64,000 bases of DNA, taken from positions 3,222,864 through 3,286,863 of the forward strand of contig NW_019091360.1 in NCBI RefSeq assembly GCF_001949145.1, in the 5' to 3' direction. Shown here piece after piece: positions 63,201 to 64,000 of this stretch. Each line of letters opens with the position of its first letter. The first letter of the stretch is position 1. Source of the DNA: Acanthaster planci. Its lineage: Eukaryota. Both the position numbers and the translations under genes were made by a program. Below the pieces are notes generated by a model. It had not been told where the DNA came from. It saw only the letters and a program-made list of their open reading frames with translations, and made no database searches.

Positions 63201-63582
63201 TGTTAACAAACAAAGACTGTGAAGTGAAGAAGTGTCCAGTTTGAGAAAAGGAGCAAAAGATCAGAACTGAAAACTCTACTTCAAAATTACAGATTACGTA
63301 TGATCATTTCACAAAGTAAATAGTATCCTGACTCACGTGTGCGCTGTTGTATGGTTGACGTTTGGTTCCCAGTGACTACCAGGACAGTGATGGTGTATTC
63401 GGTGCCAGGGGTCAGACCGGTCAGTGTGGCTGTGCGCTGGCTTTGACTCAATCTGTCTACTGAGCCTTGGGGCTGGACCGACGCCCCGTACAGGGCATTG
63501 GGGTCTGTCACCGCACCCCAGGCGATGGAGATGGTGGTGGTGGTGAAATCAAGAATGCCAATTTCCAGGGGGAGTAATGCAA
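142..63582 (-). CDS. Internal part of a giant multi-exon gene encoding at least 57 tandem fibronectin type III domains (about 5,140 aa in window; both termini outside the window)
   Basis: 70 exons with AG/GT boundaries and compatible phases; translations show FN3 hallmarks (B-strand W, C-strand Y, L-x-P-x-T-x-Y motif); all inter-domain introns are phase 1. Confidence 0.93.
706..990 (+). mobile_element. tRNA-derived SINE (degenerate)
   Basis: B box GTTCGAATCC at 761-770, followed by CCTTGGCAAG...GTATAAATGGATACC core shared with the copies near 4.8 kb and 31.4 kb; ends approximate. Confidence 0.6.
1265..1549 (-). CDS. FN3 exon, D56
   Basis: CAG/GTAAG, 285 nt; TPLNLRVRSY...LDPGQEYTLTL. Confidence 0.92.
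2091..2378 (-). CDS. FN3 exon, D55
   Basis: TAG/GTGAG, 288 nt; PMPPTNFRVV...LRSNTQYTF. Confidence 0.92.
2931..3156. mobile_element. MITE with ~31-bp terminal inverted repeats
   Basis: GGGTCATTCCATGAGGTTGGGGCACAATTTGT ... ACAAATTGTGCCCCAACCTCATAGAATGACCC. Confidence 0.75.
3223..3401 (-). CDS. FN3 exon, D54 C-terminal part
   Basis: CAG/GTAAG, phase 2 in, phase 1 out; YRLRRTRL...LIPGEEYIF. Confidence 0.88.
4349..4436 (-). CDS. FN3 exon, D54 N-terminal part
   Basis: CAG/GTAAG, 88 nt, phase 2 out matches the next exon; EADPCDLRIGTFDETSVTINWF. Confidence 0.85.
4625..4880 (-). mobile_element. tRNA-derived SINE (degenerate)
   Basis: B box (plus-strand GGATTCGAAC at about 4834) and a body similar to the SINE at 30770-31541; ends approximate. 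Confidence 0.6.
5014..5277 (-). CDS. FN3 exon, D53
   Basis: CAG/GTAAG, 264 nt; PNTPTNP...LEPSTRYYI. Confidence 0.92.
6124..6301. repeat. 41-bp minisatellite, about 4.3 copies
   Basis: unit GGATAGGGTCATATTGGAGGGTGTGTGAGATGCAGATTGTG, head to tail. Confidence 0.9.
6376..6630 (-). CDS. FN3 exon, D52
   Basis: CAG/GTAAG, 255 nt; PLGVSVVDV...LQPGTQHTI. Confidence 0.9.
7193..7471 (-). CDS. FN3 exon, D51 (three Cys, no B-strand Trp)
   Basis: CAG/GTGAG, 279 nt; LPPPNNPTL...LQPSTVYEV. Confidence 0.88.
7892..8076. mobile_element. piggyBac-type MITE
   Basis: TTAA on both flanks; CCCCTTCA...TGAAGGGG terminal inverted repeats. Confidence 0.65.
8218..8484 (-). CDS. FN3 exon, D50
   Basis: CAG/GTAAG, 267 nt; LMPDTDYTI. 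Confidence 0.9.
9356..9652 (-). CDS. FN3 exon, D49
   Basis: TAG/GTTAG, 297 nt; IPNPTNL...LIPGLMYTF. Confidence 0.88.
10004..10181 (-). CDS. FN3 exon, D48 C-terminal part
   Basis: TAG/GTAAG, phase 0 in; LCYTDSSG...RRPDTPHIISVATVAG. Confidence 0.86.
10343..10598. mobile_element. piggyBac-type MITE
   Basis: TTAA on both flanks; CCCCTTGACGACGGGA / TCCCGGCGCAAAGGGG imperfect inverted repeats. Confidence 0.65.
10808..10911 (-). CDS. FN3 exon, D48 N-terminal part
   Basis: CAG/GTAGG, phase 0 out; PLKLANPPTV...ITVSW. Confidence 0.86.
11402..11644 (-). CDS. FN3 exon, D47
   Basis: CAG/GTAAG; an alternative in-frame CAG would start the exon at 11632; LHPGVLYTV. Confidence 0.85.
11920..12216 (-). CDS. 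FN3 exon, D46 (Trp-less, DACP type)
   Basis: CAG/GTGAG, 297 nt; LMPGTRYNV. Confidence 0.9.
12662..12946. mobile_element. Degenerate non-autonomous DNA element with AGGGTC...GACCCT ends (possibly Kolobok-like)
   Basis: TTAA-AGGGTCC left end and GACCCT right end; internal similarity to 27701-28177. Confidence 0.4.
13012..13275 (-). CDS. FN3 exon, D45
   Basis: CAG/GTAAG, 264 nt; LTPGQNYRL. Confidence 0.9.
13696..13974 (-). CDS. FN3 exon, D44
   Basis: CAG/GTTGG, 279 nt; APPRNL...LMPETEYVV. Confidence 0.9.
14995..15267 (-). CDS. FN3 exon, D43
   Basis: CAG/GTGAG, 273 nt; LQPGTAYVL. Confidence 0.88.
15663..15777 (-). CDS. FN3 exon, D42 C-terminal part
   Basis: CAG/GTGAG, phase 0 in; ATISGLQPNTEYTFQI. 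Confidence 0.87.
15839..16185. mobile_element. MITE with TGT...ACA ends and 4-bp target-site duplication (Ginger-like)
   Basis: perfect 22-bp inverted repeat TGTTACGCCCCAACTATAGCAT; GGGA directly repeated on both flanks. Confidence 0.8.
16804..16982 (-). CDS. FN3 exon, D42 N-terminal part
   Basis: CAG/GTAAG, phase 0 out; SVVLSWDP...GYRVTY. Confidence 0.87.
17401..17976. other. Assembly gap (576 N)
   Basis: run of N. Confidence 0.99.
19446..19706 (-). CDS. FN3 exon, D41
   Basis: CAG/GTAAG, 261 nt; LTPGVAYTF. Confidence 0.9.
20234..20524 (-). CDS. FN3 exon, D40
   Basis: CAG/GTACA, 291 nt; LIPNTNYEV. Confidence 0.9.
21050..21313 (-). CDS. FN3 exon, D39
   Basis: CAG/GTAAG, 264 nt; LTPGQLYSL. 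Confidence 0.9.
21467..21745 (-). CDS. FN3 exon, D38
   Basis: CAG/GTAAG, 279 nt; PLAPVNL...LTPDTRHTV. Confidence 0.92.
22078..22188 (-). CDS. FN3 exon, D37 C-terminal part
   Basis: CAG/GTGAG, 111 nt; NPTAASFEGLNSGTLYNL. Confidence 0.87.
22705..22869 (-). CDS. FN3 exon, D37 N-terminal part
   Basis: TAG/GTACG, 165 nt; IRLVWG...GYIATI. Confidence 0.85.
22998..23300 (-). CDS. FN3 exon, D36
   Basis: CAG/GTGAG, 303 nt; LAVAQKYNI. Confidence 0.87.
23350..23406. repeat. 10-bp tandem repeat (GTTACTCNNN)
   Basis: gttactcttg-gttactcatg-gttactcaca-gttactcatg. Confidence 0.7.
23645..24456. mobile_element. Non-autonomous DNA transposon with ~105-bp imperfect terminal inverted repeats
   Basis: GTAGCCTTTTGTCAAGGCCTTTG...TTTCCAACTTG mirrored by CAAGTTGGAAAAGG...GGCCTTGACGAAAGGCTAC; no clean target-site duplication. 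Confidence 0.75.
24828..25070 (-). CDS. FN3 exon, D35
   Basis: CAG/GTAAA, 243 nt; LIPGTLYTV. Confidence 0.88.
25327..25478. repeat. 41-bp minisatellite, about 3.7 copies
   Basis: unit TCCTGATTGTCACTGATTGGTGTGCTTGCATTTATGTTGAT. Confidence 0.9.
25723..25986 (-). CDS. FN3 exon, D34
   Basis: CAG/GTGAG, 264 nt; LLPGTQYTV. Confidence 0.92.
26404..26464 (-). CDS. FN3 exon, D33 C-terminal part
   Basis: AAG/GTAAG, 61 nt, phase 0 in; ILLTVVGTNPEITGQDSQTT. Confidence 0.8.
26657..26874 (-). CDS. FN3 exon, D33 N-terminal part
   Basis: AAG/GTCGG, phase 0 out; DFTASTISVAWG...LLPGTQYQ. Confidence 0.83.
27157..27333. mobile_element. Palindromic MITE, copy 1
   Basis: TTCACAATAGTGCGCCACCAAGAGTTTGCAAC ... 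GTTGCAAACTCTTGGTGGCGCACTATTGTGAA; second copy at 49819-49995. Confidence 0.8.
27497..27650 (-). CDS. FN3 exon, D32 C-terminal part
   Basis: CAG/GTAAG, phase 0 in; LDPATLYTI. Confidence 0.87.
27701..28177. mobile_element. Degenerate non-autonomous DNA element with AGGGTCC...AACCCT ends (possibly Kolobok-like)
   Basis: ends and interior resemble 12662-12946; TTAA on the right flank. Confidence 0.4.
28358..28488 (-). CDS. FN3 exon, D32 N-terminal part
   Basis: AAG/GTACT, phase 0 out; PEPPTSL...ISWSSPNGDFDEFEVYY; not in ORF track. Confidence 0.85.
28805..29077 (-). CDS. FN3 exon, D31
   Basis: CAG/GTAAG, 273 nt; LLSATEYTI. Confidence 0.9.
29731..30015 (-). CDS. FN3 exon, D30
   Basis: TAG/GTAAG, 285 nt; LQPDTTYDF. 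Confidence 0.92.
30770..31541 (-). mobile_element. tRNA-derived SINE interrupted by a hAT-type MITE
   Basis: A box TGGCCCAGTGG and B box GGTTCGAATCC on the minus strand at 31477-31541; its 3' part continues across the insertion and resembles 4625-4715. Confidence 0.7.
30829..31312. mobile_element. hAT-type MITE
   Basis: TAGGGCT...AGCCCTA ends; 8-bp duplication CATCGCAG / CATCTCAG (7 of 8 match); subterminal AATATTC motifs. Confidence 0.7.
31650..31779 (-). CDS. FN3 exon, D29 C-terminal part
   Basis: CAG/GTACA, phase 0 in; LIPGKEYLI. Confidence 0.85.
33572..33592 (-). CDS. Candidate 21-nt microexon (GNGPANI) within D29
   Basis: Minus strand TTTTAACTTGTTTGTGCTTTACAG|GGCAACGGACCGGCCAACATA|GTAAGA; phase 0-0, stop-free. 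Confidence 0.55.
34163..34299 (-). CDS. FN3 exon, D29 N-terminal part
   Basis: CAG/GTAAG, phase 0 out; PIPSADIVVRDITTTTITLLWG. Confidence 0.87.
34710..34812 (-). CDS. FN3 exon, D28 C-terminal part
   Basis: CAG/GTAAT, phase 0 in; RLNPSTEYTV. Confidence 0.87.
35280..35458 (-). CDS. FN3 exon, D28 N-terminal part
   Basis: CAG/GTAAG, phase 0 out; ITVFWSPP...GFRLSY. Confidence 0.86.
36247..36399 (-). CDS. FN3 exon, D27 C-terminal part
   Basis: CAG/GTACG, 153 nt; LEPGQEYTI. Confidence 0.86.
36652..36762 (-). CDS. FN3 exon, D27 N-terminal part
   Basis: CAG/GTGAC, 111 nt; IEVVWSAVSGAESYLLDI. Confidence 0.85.
37084..37341 (-). CDS. FN3 exon, D26
   Basis: CAG/GTACA, 258 nt; LYPSTRYFF. Confidence 0.9.
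37938..38073 (-). CDS. FN3 exon, D25 C-terminal part
   Basis: CAG/GTATG, phase 0 in; LIPGTLYNV. Confidence 0.84.
38618..38759. mobile_element. Small inverted-repeat element
   Basis: AATATGTGCTTGG ... CCAAGCACATATT. Confidence 0.5.
38895..39146. mobile_element. MITE with ~40-bp terminal inverted repeats
   Basis: GTGACCCCACCATCCTCAAACCAGGCTGAAGT ... ACTTCAGCCTGGTTTGGGGATGGTGGGTCAC. Confidence 0.7.
39719..39855 (-). CDS. FN3 exon, D25 N-terminal part
   Basis: TAG/GTGAG, phase 0 out; VEVLWG...RYSVIL. Confidence 0.86.
39966..40250 (-). CDS. FN3 exon, D24
   Basis: TAG/GTAAG, 285 nt; LNPGTAYLI. Confidence 0.92.
40642..40911 (-). CDS. FN3 exon, D23
   Basis: TAG/GTAAG, 270 nt; LQSATLYDV. Confidence 0.9.
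41398..42194. mobile_element. Foldback-type element whose arms are 21-bp tandem repeats
   Basis: (TGGACTTCCAGGGACTTATGG)-like array at 41410-41525 and its reverse-complement array at about 42035-42180. Confidence 0.7.
42364..42630 (-). CDS. FN3 exon, D22
   Basis: CAG/GTGAA, 267 nt; LNPDTEYTF. Confidence 0.92.
42774..43049 (-). CDS. FN3 exon, D21
   Basis: CAG/GTAAG, 276 nt; LLPGAMYMF. Confidence 0.9.
43546..43830 (-). CDS. FN3 exon, D20
   Basis: AAG/GTATT, 285 nt; LLPATQYRV. Confidence 0.86.
44657..44914 (-). CDS. FN3 exon, D19 (a duplicated acceptor would start it at 44974)
   Basis: CAG/GTAAT, 258 nt; LVPANKYTA. Confidence 0.87.
45577..45864 (-). CDS. FN3 exon, D18
   Basis: CAG/GTAAG, 288 nt; LQPATSYVI. 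Confidence 0.92.
46317..46583 (-). CDS. FN3 exon, D17
   Basis: CAG/GTAAG, 267 nt; LSPGVEYRI. Confidence 0.88.
46686..46742 (+). repeat. Degenerate partial copy of the tRNA-like element at 55228-55300
   Basis: GTACGGTGTTCC..GGTTGCAGGT.CAAATCCTGC shared, followed by a T-rich tail. Confidence 0.55.
47326..47595 (-). CDS. FN3 exon, D16
   Basis: CAG/GTGAG, 270 nt; LNPSTEYTI. Confidence 0.9.
48499..48762 (-). CDS. FN3 exon, D15
   Basis: CAG/GTGAG, 264 nt; LVPATEYTI. Confidence 0.9.
48913..49068 (-). CDS. FN3 exon, D14 C-terminal part
   Basis: CAG/GTAAG, 156 nt; GPDACPQVVITGLEPGCIYDI; not in ORF track. Confidence 0.87.
49819..49995. mobile_element. Palindromic MITE, copy 2
   Basis: same arm sequence family and length (177 bp) as 27157-27333. 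Confidence 0.75.
50151..50285 (-). CDS. FN3 exon, D14 N-terminal part
   Basis: CAG/GTAAT, 135 nt; PAAPTIREQIVSPSKIVLNLSPF...TSGAGA; not in ORF track. Confidence 0.83.
50825..51079 (-). CDS. FN3 exon, D13
   Basis: CAG/GTGAG, 255 nt; LTPGRKYVV. Confidence 0.9.
51633..51902 (-). CDS. FN3 exon, D12
   Basis: CAG/GTGCG, 270 nt; LTPGTDYTV. Confidence 0.9.
52487..52747 (-). CDS. FN3 exon, D11
   Basis: CAG/GTGAG, 261 nt; LTPGTLYRI. Confidence 0.92.
53598..53852 (-). CDS. FN3 exon, D10
   Basis: CAG/GTATG, 255 nt; LEPATEYTI. Confidence 0.92.
54785..55018 (-). CDS. FN3 exon, D9 (short, degenerate)
   Basis: CAG/GTGGA, 234 nt; VGVAW...LMPGQQVTI. Confidence 0.82.
55228..55300 (+). pseudogene. tRNA-like element (tRNA pseudogene or tRNA-derived repeat)
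   Basis: 73 nt; acceptor stem GGCTGGA/TCCAGTC, D arm, T arm GCAGGTTCAAATCCTGC, downstream T run; anticodon stem has mismatches. Confidence 0.65.
55406..56126. mobile_element. Possible non-autonomous DNA element with AGGGTCC...GGATCCT ends
   Basis: CTAA/TTAA flanks; left end matches AGGGTCCATGC at 27701. Confidence 0.3.
56248..56523 (-). CDS. FN3 exon, D8
   Basis: CAG/GTTAG, 276 nt; LMSGTGYRV. Confidence 0.9.
56959..57231 (-). CDS. FN3 exon, D7
   Basis: CAG/GTGAG, 273 nt; LVPGTLYRI. Confidence 0.9.
57949..58066 (-). CDS. FN3 exon, D6 C-terminal part
   Basis: CAG/GTAAG, phase 0 in; LSPNTAYTV. Confidence 0.88.
58595..58855. repeat. ~89-bp tandem repeat, 3 diverged copies
   Basis: GATAGCCTGGGTTC recurs at about 58653, 58742 and 58830. 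Confidence 0.8.
58862..59004. repeat. Dispersed repeat (second copy at about 61000-61090)
   Basis: CATGCAACT.GGACT...AAAATGAGGAAATT...GGAAATCAGCGGATC.GAGGAAAAG shared. Confidence 0.55.
59042..59208 (-). CDS. FN3 exon, D6 N-terminal part
   Basis: CAG/GTAAG, phase 0 out; LHVTWQP...SYRVSV. Confidence 0.88.
59658..59927 (-). CDS. FN3 exon, D5
   Basis: CAG/GTCAG, 270 nt; SIPPSDIL...LTPGRQYSI; correct frame not in ORF track. Confidence 0.9.
60507..60779 (-). CDS. FN3 exon, D4
   Basis: CAG/GTAGG, 273 nt; LDPFSTYVV. Confidence 0.9.
61227..61502 (-). CDS. FN3 exon, D3
   Basis: CAG/GTAAG, 276 nt; LTSGTRYEV. Confidence 0.92.
62213..62369 (-). CDS. FN3 exon, D2 C-terminal part
   Basis: CAG/GTAGG, phase 0 in; LDSGVTYDF. 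Confidence 0.87.
62578..62711 (-). CDS. FN3 exon, D2 N-terminal part
   Basis: CAG/GTGCA, phase 0 out; PNSASNVRV...IIEWQPAVGLVSGYDVSY; not in ORF track. Confidence 0.85.
63337..63582 (-). CDS. FN3 exon, D1
   Basis: CAG/GTGAG, 246 nt; LTPGTEYTI. Confidence 0.92.
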
Positions 63583-64000
63583 CTGAAGAGAATGAAATCA
63601 AGAAAAAAAAAACAGGTGATGGCAGGACTTGGCATACTTGATCAACTACTTCGACAACTTCCTGAGACCCAACTGTTCCTTGTGACAGATTGAGGCAGCG
63701 GGACATGCAAGTCCACAGCAATTTCCTTGTGACAGTGCACACTAAACACATCACAGGAATTTACAGGTGAGTTTTGTACTCATACCCACATTTGAGTGAT
63801 TGCCGTTGCTTTTGTGCACACTCCAGGGCCACTTTTGGGTTAAAGCGCTATGGAAATTAGAATCTTGCACAATGTAAATTAATAGCAACTCTCAACATTT
63901 TGCATTCGCATAACGTCCATTTGTATCAGGATAACATTCTGAGTTATACATCAAAAGAAAGAGCCCACTTCACTCTTTCTGATCCACAGCAGAGCAAATT

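Noticed and set aside
142..63582. Naming the gene as fibronectin, tenascin, usherin, PTPRB/PTPRQ or titin
   Set aside because: No diagnostic EGF, FReD, LamG, PTP, Ig, kinase or transmembrane segment is in the window.

Overview
Eukaryotic (animal) genomic DNA. The repeat content looks invertebrate-deuterostome/echinoderm-like, but that is inference only. The whole window lies inside one very large minus-strand gene. Reading GT/AG boundaries by hand gave 70 phase-compatible exons (about 15.4 kb spliced, about 5,140 codons) encoding 56 complete and 1 partial tandem fibronectin type III (FN3) domains, numbered D1-D57 in transcript order. Neither the start nor the stop codon is in the window, so the gene is not named. 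The array is ordered: two FN3 subtypes (A/B) alternate from D1 to D48, and distinctive domains recur exactly 32 positions apart (D1/D33, D7/D39, D8/D40, D9/D41, D13/D45, D14/D46, D16/D48), i.e. an FN3-only 32-domain super-repeat. Other notable features are a candidate in-frame 21-nt microexon inside D29, a tandemly duplicated in-frame splice acceptor for D19, several MITE/SINE insertions (one nested), minisatellites, a tRNA-like element and a 576-nt assembly gap.
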